From: Mustelus asterias
Taxonomy: Eukaryota
Assembly: GCF_964213995.1 (NCBI RefSeq)
Contig: NC_135808.1
Location: 21,266,001-21,330,000, forward strand
Reading direction: 5' to 3'
DNA length: 64,000 nt
The position numbers and the translations under genes are program-made. The notes under the pieces were generated by a model that saw only the letters and a list, made by a program, of their open reading frames with translations, searched no databases and was not told the DNA's origin. Positions 1-11,488 of the stretch are shown piece after piece (positions within the stretch are counted from its first letter, which is position 1; each line of letters starts with the position of its first letter).

Positions 1-480
1 GGAGGATGCTTCAGAGAAGGAGAAGATAGTTCTTGGCCAAGGTTTTCCTAAACTCAATAGTATCTATTTTCAGTCAAATTGTTAAAATTGATGTTTAGTT
101 TGTTGAAGTGGAAACTTTCCTGCTTCTTGACTGTGATAGAAAGACTCAACAAAATTTGTTCCGACTAAATAACTTAGTCTTTATTTACGAAAGACTGCAT
201 GCAGTATTGGCTGAAACTTGAGTTCAGAGAGCAGTTGGTACAACTTGCTAATTCCTCCTCAAGTCCGCGCTTGCAGAAAGAAACAGTTCATTATGTATAC
301 ATAATCATTATCAGTTTGCGTGACCAGAGCTTATTCAGGAATTCAATCAGTAATAGAATCATAAGCAATGTCATTAATCATGGCACAGGCTGCTGACCTC
401 CCAGAACTCTTTGTAACATAATTCGTACCCTTATCTTGTCCTTTGATGTAACAGGAAAAGGTCGGTGACTCCTTCATCGC

Positions 481-654
481 TGACCTTATCTTGTCTTACT
501 CATACAGCCCTAGATTATGAGGAGTCAATCTTATCAGGCCTTACAGAGGTCAGGCATTCTGGAATAGCCTGACCTTCTCTGGTCTTATTCATGTCTTAAA
601 TTATGCGGAGTCAGCTGTATCAGGTCTTACAGGGGTCAGGCATTTTGAAATAGC
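481..654. repeat. Two diverged ~87-bp direct repeats
   Basis: tgaccttatcttgtctt...ggtcaggcattctggaatagc at 481-568 is repeated at 570-654. Confidence 0.7.
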
Positions 655-735
655 TTGGTCAGTCATTCTTATATTGTACCAAATAGTTGATCAATTTTCC
701 CATCATGCCATTATTTAGTTTGTACAACTTCACAA

Positions 736-830
736 GTTAAAGTTGATGTTCAGTTAAAGTTCAGTTAAAGTTAAAGTGCAGTTTAAGAGTTAAAGTTCAG
801 TTAGAGTTAAAGTTCAATAAAGAGTTAATG
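736..830. repeat. AGTTAA/AGTTC low-complexity minisatellite
   Basis: Repeated agttaaagttc units. Confidence 0.7.
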
Positions 831-949
831 AGTTGCAACTGTTTATATTTGAGTTTGAACTGGTAGTGTTAAATAAATAAATCATTGAATTACTGTCCTC
901 GTTTGTCTCATTAAACTGGAATGCTTGGAAGGTGTTTAAATTAAAGGCT

Positions 950-1200
950 GCATAACAAGCTATTTCATTTGTAATTGAATTTTGGTCTTGTCCAATAATT
1001 CTGGCAGTGTTTCTGGCAATTGTTAATGCTGAGCTAACACCACAATTATCTTCGCCTTCCTTGCTCCTTTAGGTAATTTCAACTGCAGCATCTTTGCCAA
1101 TTCCAAAAGCTTTGTTTTAGTCATCTTTTGTAAACCACCCTAGTGATTTATTCCACACCCAGCAACCTTTTAGCCTCAGAAAGAGCCATTATTCCACACG
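950..1200 (-). mobile_element. Degenerate Ty3/Gypsy (Gmr1-like) gag N-terminus
   Basis: Minus strand translates to GGLQKMTKTKLLELAKMLQLKLPKGARKAKIIVVLAQH*QLPE..KIQLQMK, resembling fish Gmr1-type Gag. Confidence 0.55.
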
Positions 1201-1322
1201 TAAACCAAATGCAACACTTTAAAGTAAAACACAAATATACTCACCACTCACTATCTTTGAGTCCATTAATCCCAAACCAAAAAAGGGAATATTGATTTTA
1301 ATCTCTCAAAGATTCCTCCAGC

Positions 1323-2123
1323 TGTTAAGACCCAGGCCAGAAACTCCAAGGTGTTTTGTGAACTTAGCCTAGACCCTAAGTTTTACATTTGATTTTGGCT
1401 TGGGTGAGCATAAGTTGTTTCACTCCAATTATGATTCAAGTGACCCATTCGGAAGCTTTTATCAATCAAACTTTATTTAAGAACACAGTTCAAATATAAG
1501 AAATGTAGTGGCATAACTTTTACCGAATGCAAGGCTTAAACATGGCACAGAATAATCCTTAACAGTTGGCTAGCTATATTGTTCCAAAGTAAAGCAACCC
1601 CATTGACGTACACTCTTCTTCAGACTAAATTAGCACTAAAGCAAATACGCTCACGTGATGCTAGATTTGCAGCTTTTAGCACCTAAGTGAATTGGTCCCT
1701 TGAATGGTGGATGAAATCTTTGAAGCTATCCAGTTTTGGAACTTTCAGAATGCATCTGATAGAGAGAGAGAGACAGAGAGAGACAATACTTCTTCCATCA
1801 GCTCCTGGCAGCAATGGAAAACAAAACTAAAACTCGAATGCTCTGTGGAAAAAAGCTGTCCTCAATCGCATAACATAACCTGCCAATCAACTCCGATCAA
1901 GCTTCACTTAGTAATCCCTGGGTACATATGAAAACTGTAGAACACTGCATTAATTCTGATTTAAATCAACATGTTTCAATTATCCTGCTTCAGCAAAGCT
2001 AAAGGGCACTGGTCACAGATAACATGGTACCAACAAAATTCCAGGGCCTGCTAGAAATATCCTGAAGAGGAACATGATCAAAATGCACCTCATAAAGGCA
2101 CAGTGCTAGGTATTCGCATCTAA
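1323..2123 (-). mobile_element. Putative LTR adjoining the gag relic
   Basis: Begins TGTTAAGA next to the gag relic; the first ~150 bp resemble 56664 onward (tgttaag..cccag..agaactccaagg...aaactttattt). Right boundary uncertain. Confidence 0.4.
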
Positions 2124-2289
2124 CTTTTCCTTATCATTAAATGGCGTCTATTGGAACCTCATCAGTATGTTTCCCCAAAAAGAACACTGGTCCCAAAACG
2201 GTTCAGATATATGCTGTCCCATTGGTACAGCTCCCACTTTACCCAATACTCATGCCAGTGCACCTAATTCAAGAGTCTCAGACAGTGGC

Positions 2290-2928
2290 TATGCAGGTGT
2301 TGTCAGTAAGGCAAATGTAATCTTGGCATTTATTGCCAAGTGTCTAGGGTATAAAAGTAGAGGAGTGTTGTTACAATTGTATACGGCATTGGTGCGACCA
2401 CACTTAGAATATTGTGTTCGGTTTTGATCACCTTCTTTGAGGAAGGATGTGGTGGCACTGGAAGTAGTTCAGAAGAGGTTCACTCGATTAATTCCAGGTT
2501 TGAAGGGGCTGTCGTATGATGAGCAGTTGAGTAGCTTGGGCTTGTACTCTCTGGGCTACAGAAGAATGAGGGGGAATTTGATTGATGCATATAACATACT
2601 CAACGGAATTTATAAACCAAATGTTTCCCTTTCTAGGACAAGAGGTCGTAGTTATAGAGTAAGAGCTAAGGAGGAGCTACTTCTCACAGAGGGTTGTGAA
2701 TCTATGGAACTCACTGTGCCAGAGTGCAGTGGATGCGGAATCAATCAATGGATTCAAGAAGGAGATAGATAAATATTTGATCAAAAGTGGAGTAAAGGTC
2801 TGTGGGGAAAAGGCAGGAAAGTGGAGTTAGGATGAGATGGAGATCAGCCATGATCATAGAATGGCGCAGTGGGCTTGAAGGACTGAAATGCCGACTCTCG
2901 CTCCTAATTCCTATGTTCCCATGTTCCT
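2290..2928 (+). mobile_element. 5'-truncated CR1-type LINE (RT C-terminus and 3' UTR)
   Basis: LLQLYTALVRPHLEYCVRF*SP..KDVVALEVVQKRFTRLIPGLKGLSYDEQL; ends in cctatgttcccatgttcc tail. Confidence 0.9.
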
Positions 2929-2929
2929 T

Positions 2930-3720
2930 GAATTTCTCCAGTTATTTTGACATTTTGCAGTTTTATCTGTGACAAACCGCCAGGAGTAATGTAGTAATCA
3001 TTTTTACCCATTATGTGGCCCTTCACCTGTGACGGTGAAATGCTGTCATTTCTTGATTCAGGCTGTTTTTTATTCTCTTTCATTTGACTTTTGTTGGCTC
3101 GAGCTATTAATTATGATGAGCGCAGGGATATAGAAGGTAGCTATGGAAGTGCCAAAGATGACACCTGGTTTTGTGAGGAACAGTACATAACGCTTACCCT
3201 CACTGACTGTCCTATCCGCTACGTTGAACTGCCAGAAGAGAATGGGAAAAGAGCAGTGGATAAACGGCACCACCCAAGCAACGGCGAGCATCATCCCTCC
3301 TATCCTCACTGTTCTCTTCACGGGGTAGCCCAGCGGCATTGTCACACAAACGTAATGGTCAAAACTGATGACAATGATTTTCTCCCCAGATACACTACCG
3401 GCAGCATAATCTAGAGCAAGCCACAAATCACATACCACTGGGTTCAAAGGCCAGTAGCCAATAACAGTGTAAATGGTCTATAGATTCATAGAGATCACAC
3501 CAATAATCAAATCAGCAGAGGCCAAGCTGAAAATAAATTAATTGTTAATGGTTTGCAAATGTCTGTTTACATTGATTGAAACGCTGACTAGAATGTTTCC
3601 AATAATTGTCACCAGGCTTACAGGTCCTGTCAGAGTCACAATGAAGACCATTTCGACCGTTGTGTAAGGTCCCACTCTATCAGTGTTGAGGGATTCGTTT
3701 GCCATTGTTGAGTTTTCCAT
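2930..3720 (-). pseudogene. Muscarinic M2/M4-like receptor pseudogene (TM1-TM5 and start of ICL3), truncated at the CR1
   Basis: [27 protein letters not shown]; in-frame stops TAA 3538-3540 and TAG 3478-3480; frameshift near 3105; acceptor ttttctacag near 3763; no TM6-7 found. Confidence 0.9.
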
Positions 3721-4292
3721 GATTTCCCCTTTGATGTGTAGTTAGCACTGACCAGGCACAACTGTAGAAAAGAAGAACGATTAGGAATCTAAGACAGAGG
3801 AGGTCATCACTGAATGCATTAAACATTTGGGGAGGCAGCTGGGCGCTGCTTGGGTTGGACTCTTTGAAAAACAAAGTTAGCTCAGTCAAGTTCATGGGAT
3901 GGAAAAGAGCTGTAACCCCCAAGACTGGGTGACAACCTTCTGTGTATCAATGCGTCCACTGAAAGGACATCTGGAGATGTGGCATATATAGTGACAGATA
4001 TTGATAAAGACACGGGGAGGCAGTGCCTACAGCTCTGATATCTGGGGCTGGACCTTAGGGTAGAAGAGCAGATCTGGAAAGCTCAGTTGGCTGAATGTAC
4101 GGCCCGAGAGAGAAACCAGCAAATCCTGCACCTTCTCAATTCACTCTATCCCTCTGAGCAAAGGAGGCAGAGACCAGAATGGGATTCCTGATTCACACCA
4201 GGAGATCCTGAACACTCAGCTGAGCCGCAAGGTCCAAGCCATTGTCTCACCAGACACAAGGCTGTAAAGAGGAATGCATTTGGCCACAGGAC

Positions 4293-4330
4293 TGTGTGTG
4301 TGCATGTATGTCTGTGTGTGTGTGTGTGTG
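4293..4330. repeat. (GT)n microsatellite
   Basis: Interrupted gtgtgt run. Confidence 0.9.
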
Positions 4331-4585
4331 CTTGTCCTTCGACCCTGGCACACATTTTACACGTAGTCAAATAAATGGGGTGCTACTTACTAAATGTCAG
4401 ATTGGAAGGAGTTAATTGAACCTGTTTGTTCGGTGACTGTGACTAATATCAGTCTCTGGAGAACCACTTTGAGTCTCTGGAGGTTACCACCGTCTATTCA
4501 TAAAGGCTCTTTTCTCTGTGCTTTAATGTTCGTGTCAGCGGGAAGTTCACCTCCAACAATAATCAGGATCAGTGGTTCCACAGGA

Positions 4586-4667
4586 ATGGGCCAGTGAAAA
4601 ATAGACTTCTTCATCCTTGATTTAGAAAAGATTTACTATCCTCTCCTTGCTGCCATTGGAATTCCTG
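4586..4667 (+). pseudogene. GPR139-like coding exon 1 with premature stop; exon 2 not found downstream
   Basis: MGQ*KIDFFILDLEKIYYPLLAAIGIP then G|GTAAG donor; Trp codon changed to TGA at 4595-4597; homologous to 21463-21544. Confidence 0.85.
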
Positions 4668-5079
4668 GTAAGTCTCTATATCCAGCTATTAAATCTGTTA
4701 TCCAGGACGCGCTGGATTAATCGTGTCAGCTTTTTAAATCACCAGTTCAGTTCTTCCATTGTTTTAATCAACCTCTTGCGTTCTGCTCTTGAAATGGTTT
4801 TAATTAGATTTCTTTTGATCATTGAACAATATTCACTTCATTCTGAACTCAAAGAATGGCGCATCCTCACTCTCCACCATTCACACACCCAGGGTCTTCT
4901 TAATATTAAATGAATCTCCAAATCTCCGCTACAGATTAGAAATCCGAAATCTGATGAGCATATCTCGATATATTGTGCGTTGATGGCTCTGAATCCACCT
5001 GCCGCTGTCCAGCTCACATTCAGACGTCTCTGACTTCAATACAGTGCTTCACTTTCCACAAGCAAAACAGAACACGGTC

Positions 5080-5290
5080 AACAAAAACTCAGCAGTTCAG
5101 GCAGCATCTGCCGAGAGGTACACTGGACCTAACCTTTCCATCGATGCGATTTCACTTCAGAAATCGAGTCATAATGACTCGAAACGTTAACTCTGTTTTC
5201 TCACTCTACAGATGCGGCCAGACCTGCTGAGATTTTCCAGCATTTTCTGTTTATGTTTCAGATTCCAGCAGCCGCAGTATTTTGCTTTTA
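5080..5290. mobile_element. Short foldback repeat, probably Penelope-derived (family 2); relatives near 8905-9040, 21950-22125 and 60680-60875
   Basis: ctcagcag...gcagcatctg and cagatgc.gccagacctgctgag inverted arms; contains gagtc-ataat-gactc-gaaacgtt. Confidence 0.55.
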
Positions 5291-5616
5291 GTTTTCATTT
5301 GCTAGATGGTTTGATGTTTGAAAAGGTGCGAGTTGTCTGCGTAAAGTATGTTGATGTATTCCATTGATTTCCAGGGGAATCCAGGCCAATCAATGTTTTG
5401 AAAACTTTGAATTTTCTGCTGCTTGTAACCAGTTCGTGTCAGCTCCATGGACAAGTTTCTTTCAGGTTGCTCTGTCCTTTACTGTAAATATTTCTTATCA
5501 TCTTTCAAATTTGCTGCAACACTCAATTCCTTTCACCAGAATAAGAAAGAAAATGGTCGGATCTGCAGCAACTTTTACCTGGCCTTTACAAACTGTTTTT
5601 CTTCATGTGTTGAAGA

Positions 5617-5935
5617 ATCATAGAATCCTTAAGTACAGAAGGAGGCTAATCGGCCCATCAAGCCTGCACCGGCAAATGTCCCACCCAGACAACATCCCTG
5701 CAACTCCACGTATTTACCAGGCTAATTCCCCTGACACTAGGGGGCAATTTAGCATGGCCAATCCATCTTAACCCATGAATCTGTCGACTGTGGGAGGAAA
5801 CCGGAGCACCCGGAGGAAACCTACGCAGACAAGGGGCGAATGTGCAAACTCCACACAGACAGTGACCCAAGCCGGGAATCGAACCCGGGTCCCTGGTGCT
5901 GTGCAGTGCTAACCACTGTAGCAGCGTACCGCCCA
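5617..5935 (-). mobile_element. tRNA-derived SINE (HE1/V-SINE-like)
   Basis: Reverse complement has cagtggttagcactgc..gacccgggttcgattcc A/B boxes and a CR1-like tail. Confidence 0.85.
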
Positions 5936-6039
5936 AAATTTCATCCAAAATATGAAATTCCATTTACTGATTGCTTTCATTGAACGGCAGTCACTGCCGC
6001 CGGCAGATAACACGGTCACGGGTACATTTCAATATTGAT

Positions 6040-6360
6040 TTCGGGTTGGCATCCTTCCATCATTGAGGGGTGATGGGAATGCAGCCTCAGAACATTGCCG
6101 AGGGTCAGATCAGATCGCTTGCCGCACTTTTCCTGATGGTGAACACGTCGATTCTGCAAAGGCAAAATCTACCGCAGGCGTTACCCATGCGTTTGCCTCT
6201 CGACATCATTGTGGACGATCGTCTGCAAGAAGATGTCTTTGTGGTGGCAAAACCCTGCTCGCTACTGGTGTTGTCATTTGCTTGATTGTCAGCCAACAAT
6301 TCCAACTGGTCATTATTCGTGTTGGGGGCCTTCACGCCTGTTTTATCTCATTGAGCAAGA
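6040..6360 (-). mobile_element. RTE-clade LINE 3' remnant in the GPR139-like intron
   Basis: CGRFCLCRIDVFT C-terminal motif; homologous to 22830 and 61290 onward. Confidence 0.6.
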
Positions 6361-6786
6361 TGTGTATTTTCCGAAGGTTTTTACGACCACAAAATCCGGG
6401 CCAGTGGGTTTAAAATGCAAGCCGCTTTAGGGTGGAATACTTAAGTTGGGCGACATCTGCGGCATGGGAGTCAAACAGTTTTATTTTAATAAATAGACTA
6501 AAATTGATAAAATAACTCCTCCAATGGCCTTTGAGGGTCACATGTACAGAATGGGTAATGCCTTTGGTCAAGCTATTACTGGCTGGTCGCACGTGTTCAA
6601 ATCTCTGTGCAGGGTGCCTGGACAACAAACTGCTACAATGCAGTGCCCACGAGTTCATTAGATATACTGTGGAAAACTGCTTGTTGAAATGATGATGTGG
6701 AGATGCCGGCGTTGGACTGGGGTGAACACAGTAAGAAGTCTCAAAACACCAGGTTAAAGTCCAACAGGTTTATTTGGTAGCAAATA

Positions 6787-6823
6787 CCATAAGCTTTCGG
6801 AGCGCTGCTCCTTCGTCAGATGG
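6787..6823 (-). ncRNA. Minimal type I hammerhead ribozyme motif
   Basis: Reverse complement reads CCAU-CUGACGA-A-GGAGC-AGC-GCUCC-GAA-AGCU-U-AUGG. Confidence 0.7.
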
Positions 6824-7052
6824 AGTGGTAATGTGCTCTCAAACAGTGCACAGAGACACAAAATCAAGTTACAGAATACTGATTAGAATGCGAATCCCTA
6901 CAACCAGCCAGGTCTTAAAGGTACAGACAATGTGGGTGGAGGGAGTTGTCTGTACCTTTAAGACCTGGCTGGCTGTAGGGATTCGCATTCTAATCAGTAT
7001 TCTGTAACTTGGTTTTGTGTCTCTGTGCACTGTTTGAGAGCACATTTCCACT

Positions 7053-7089
7053 CCATCTGATGAAGGAGCAGCGCTCCGAAAGCTTATGG
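7053..7089 (+). ncRNA. Minimal type I hammerhead ribozyme motif
   Basis: CCAU-CUGAUGA-A-GGAGC-AGC-GCUCC-GAA-AGCU-U-AUGG. Confidence 0.7.
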
Positions 7090-7177
7090 TATTTGGTACC
7101 AAATAAACCTGTTGGACTTTAACCTGGTTTTGTGAGACTTCTTACTGTGTTGAAATGATATCAGCCGTTCAATAATT

Positions 7178-7495
7178 CATAGGATCATACAATCTACAGT
7201 ACAGAAGGAGGCCATTTGGCCCATCGAGCCTGCACCGATAACAATCCCACCCAGGTCTCATCCCTGTAACCCCACATATTGCCCTCCTAATCTCCCTGAC
7301 TTTAAGGGGCAATTTATCATGGTCAATCAACCTAACCCGCACATCTTTGGACTGTGGGAGGAAACCGGAGCACCCGGAGGAAACCCACGCAGACACAGGG
7401 AGAATGTACAAACTCCACACACCGGAGGTCGGAATTGAACCCGGGCCCTGGCTCTGTGAGGCAGCAGTGCTAACCAATGTGCCACAGTGCCGCGC
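7178..7495 (-). mobile_element. tRNA-derived SINE (HE1/V-SINE-like)
   Basis: Same family as 5617-5935. Confidence 0.85.
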
Positions 7496-8299
7496 CATCT
7501 TTAACTTTATCTGTCCAATCACCCACTTTCAGCCGAAATGAAGCAATATGGTAGACAGAGCGGACCATTAAATTAGAAGCCTGTGGAGGCTTGAATCCTG
7601 GCGTTAACGTTGAAGGATGTTGTGTACCAAGTTGCCTCACCCGCTACACTCTGAAGTCCTCTAAGTTAAACGGCCTTGGAAGCTGAATGAATGGAAGTTT
7701 TCAAGACTGAGATCGCTGTTTTTTTGCACTAGGGAAGTGTGTCAGGGATTATGGGAAAAGCAGGAAAATGAAATAAAGGCACAAATCAAGTGTAGTCTGA
7801 TCTAATGGTACAATATGTTTGAGGGGTTGTCTGGCCGTCCTCTGCTGGTCAGATCAGTCAGGATATGGTGTCTACAAAAAAGAGTGGCGGAGGAGCAATG
7901 AGAAGGAACCAAATACGTCAATTGCTGGAAATAATTTAATGAATGTTTTGAAAAGCTGTGTGCTAAGAATATTGTATTGGTTAGTTTAAGTACAATTAAT
8001 TCGAATCTGAAATTGAGAGTCTGGAATATTACGAGAGATGTGCCGTTAAATTGTCATGGTTACTGACGAGTGGCAGTGAATTCTTTCAGTGAACTATTCA
8101 TCATTCACAACTGGTCGTCACGCTCCCAAAAACTTAATCTGAAACATTGAAGTAGGCAAACTTTCATTGAGATGTGCGTGAGTTAATTCCTAGCAGAACT
8201 TAAAAAGAAAAGCCCCTGTAATATATAAATAACAAATATTGGAAATGCACGGCAGACCAGACATCGTGGAAAGGAAGAACAAGAGATACAAAAATGTCC

Positions 8300-8550
8300 A
8301 GAGGGGCATTCTTTTCACACAGAGGGTGGTCAGTGTCTGGATCAAGCTGCCAGAGGTAGTAATAGAGGCGGGTACAATTTTGTCTTTTAAAAAGCATTTA
8401 GACAGTTACATGGGTAAGATGGGTACAGACGGACATGGGCCAAATGCGGGCAATTGGGACTAGCTTAGGGGTTTAAAGAAAAGGGCGGCATGGGCAATTT
8501 GGGACGAAGGGCCTGTTTCCATGCTGTGAACCTCTGTAACTCTATTACTC
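8300..8550 (+). mobile_element. CR1 LINE 3' fragment
   Basis: RGILFTQRVVSVWIKLPEVVIEAGTILSFKKHLDSYM. Confidence 0.85.
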
Positions 8551-10182
8551 TAAGTCGGCGCTGATATTCCATGTAAATTTCTGCTCTCATGTCGTATCTT
8601 GTGATAATCTGCAAACATTGCCATGTTTCACCATGTGTTTTCTCCAAAACCCCATATGTTTGTCCCAGGCTAATCTGTCTGCTCTTCGCTGGAATGTGTA
8701 TGTCTTCAGCTCAACGAATGGGAATAGTGGGGATTTTGAGAGGGAGTGTGAGAAAAAAACAGGAAAGGAGAAAGATGACAGGGGTATTCTGAATTCTGGA
8801 TGAATACAATTGAGGAACAGCAAAGGATGAATGACGACAAGTCATGTGTAAAATTCAGAAATATCGTTCACAGAAATCAAATTATTAACAAGAAAATAAA
8901 ATTGAAACAAAAACAGAAAATGCTGGAAAATCACAGCAGGTCTGACAGCATCTGTGGGGAGAGAATAGAGCCAACATTTCGCGTCTACATGACCCTTCGT
9001 CTGATGATTCCAGATTCCAGCATGCACAGTATTTTGCTTTTGAATAAAACTGAAAGATGGTCAGGTGTGAAACGTTGTACTCCCAAAGTGGAACGCTGCT
9101 GCTAATCTAACATGCAATAAGATTGCTTCCCTGACTCCATGGCCCCAATGATCACGCCAATTTCTAGAATGTAGCTTCGTGGAAGGTCAATGGGCTGCAC
9201 TCCTTGTATCAATAATGTCCGAGCTTCTTGTGGCAGTATGAGAAGTGCCAGATTTTTTTAGAGTTTCTTCGGGCCACCCAACTGGACTGGGAGATGTCAG
9301 TTCACGAGTCAAAGGGGCCTAATCAATTTCCATTACCCACCCTTCAATTGTGATGGTGCAAAGCCTAATATTTCCTTTAACAAAGGACCTGGTTGAGGTT
9401 TCTTGAAAAGCTGTTGCTCTATATGATTTATATAATGCATGTTTGTATTTATCGTAGCTATGTGAAGATCAGTAGAAAATAAATGCATTCTTGATATTCC
9501 CAGCCCTTTCAGGGATCTTTTCTACAAACCTAAAGCAGATTTTCTCTCGATTGTTTTCCTCATCATATCGTCCAAATTATTTTTCTGTGTACTTCACGCC
9601 AAAAACATATAAACATATGAAAGCAGTGACAATAGGTCCATCTCCAGAAGCGTCTTAATCCAATGTGCACACTAGAAATGCTGGTTCAACAATATATTGG
9701 ACCATTTGATAAGTATTTGTTAGATTTTTAGCAACTAGCCTCCCTCTTTCTCAGTCTGCTTCTCCTGTTCTGTTTTTATCTCCTTTCTCTTCCCCCATTT
9801 CTTCCAATTGTTTTCTCTTGGCTTTCTGTCTCATTCTGTCTTCACCTTGCATAAGCCTCTCGCCATTATCTATTATTCCTTACACAATATATCCATCCTG
9901 CGTCATTCTTCTCCAATGCCTTGGATTCGGCAGACCATCAATTAATATGTGCAGTTATGATCAATGTTGCCGAGTTTTTTTTAAGTAAAACAGTTAATCG
10001 ACATACATTAGCTATTTGAATATTCTGAATTACGGGGTATGGATTATTTTATGTCACTGGCTTCAGTGAAGATTATTGTCATTTTCAAGTTTGTGATGGT
10101 TCCTACTTTTGCCTTCATTTATAAGCATCAGGAAATTATCCTCGTATTTGTCCTCATAAAAGATGTAAGCTACATCGCTATC

Positions 10183-10470
10183 ACAGTGGTTAGCACTGCT
10201 TCCTCACAACGCCAGGGACCTGGGTTGAATTCCCAGCTTGGGTCACTGTCTGTGCGGAGTCTGCACATTCTCCCTGTGTCTGTGTGCGTTTCCTCTGGGT
10301 GTTCCAGTTTCCACCCACAGTCTGGAAGACGTGCTGGCTAGGTGCACTGACCATGCTAAATTCTCCCTCAGGGTACCCAAACAGGCACGGGAGTGTGGCG
10401 ACTAGGGGGTTTCCACAGTATCTTCATTGCAGTGTAAATGTAAGTCTACTTGTGACACTAATAAATAAAT
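10183..10470 (+). mobile_element. tRNA-derived SINE with a different 3' tail
   Basis: cagtggttagcactgcttcctcac...; tail acttgtgacactaataaataaa; copy at 44490-44765 (-). Confidence 0.8.
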
Positions 10471-10829
10471 TTTAAAATATAAACTTTGAATTTTATTGAG
10501 ATAAGGGAAACAATTTGGTGGTAAGCTTTTGTTTATATAACCCCATACCTTCTCCTCTGAAATGCATGACATCGACATGAAGTGACTCAAGCTCAAATTG
10601 CTCTCTTCCGCTCAGAGCTGATACTCCGACTATCTAAGTTCTCAAGAGTGTTTCACCGAGTCATGCTGGATGAATGAATCCAAAAACGCAGAGAGACATG
10701 TTTGTAATGTCTTTCATCGTCATGTTCATTCGGTTCAAAGCAAGGAATTAACAAATTATTCTCAATTGATTGTACAGCAGCCGATCTATGAGATGATTCC
10801 TAATTGAAACCGAGTCGCTCATTTTTAAA

Positions 10830-11325
10830 AATTCATTCATGCCTTGCTGGCTGGCCAACATTTATTGCCTATCCCTAGTTGCCCTTGAGAAGGTGGTGAT
10901 GAGCCACCTTCTTGAATCGCTGCAGTCCATGTTCTGTGGGTTGACCCACAATGCCATTAGGGGGGGGGGGGGGGGGGGGGGGAGGCGGAATTCCAGGATT
11001 TTGACCCAGTGACTGCGAAGGAACGGCAATATATTTGCAAGTCAGGGTGGTGAATGGCTTGGAGGGGAACGTGCAGGTGGTGGTGTTCCCATTTATCTGC
11101 TGTCCTTGTCCTTCTAGATGGAAGTGGTCGTGGGTTAGGAAGGTGCTGTCTCAGGATCCTTGGTGAATTGCTGCAGTGCATCTTGCAGATTGTACACACT
11201 GCTGCTGTCGGTGGTGGAGGGATTGAATGTTTGTAGATGTGGTGCCAATCAAGCCGGCTGCTTCGTCCTGGATGGCGTCAAGCTTCTTGAGTGTTGCTGG
11301 AGCTGCACCCGTCCAGGCAAGTGGG
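10830..11325 (-). mobile_element. L2/CR1-group LINE 3' fragment with a poly-G tract
   Basis: Minus strand gives PLAW.GAAPATLKKLDAIQDEAAGLIGT; copy at 43640-44135 (+). Confidence 0.65.
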
Positions 11326-11488
11326 AGGAAAGATATCTGACAAAGATATTGAACTTTCTCAGAACCAATAGCGTTTTATGTTTTTGGTGGAACTTCACTT
11401 AGTCACCTTAGTCGCCTTTTAACGTCAATACATCAGACATCTCTTTCCTAATCATTCTTCTTTTCTGCAGTTGTCCACGTAAGGGAAA

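Larger units (their letters stand above)
6682..7159. mobile_element. Penelope-derived foldback element with 12-bp TSD
   Basis: Inverted arms ~6728-6930 and ~6946-7150; TGTTGAAATGAT at 6682-6693 and 7148-7159; arms match the 3' end of the element at 51900-52100. Confidence 0.85.

Noticed and set aside
481-830. CRISPR-like or other prokaryotic repeat system
   Set aside because: Vertebrate DNA; repeats are tandem without unique spacers and there are no cas genes.
6774-7102. Near-identical 77-aa ORFs on opposite strands
   Set aside because: A consequence of the DNA palindrome.
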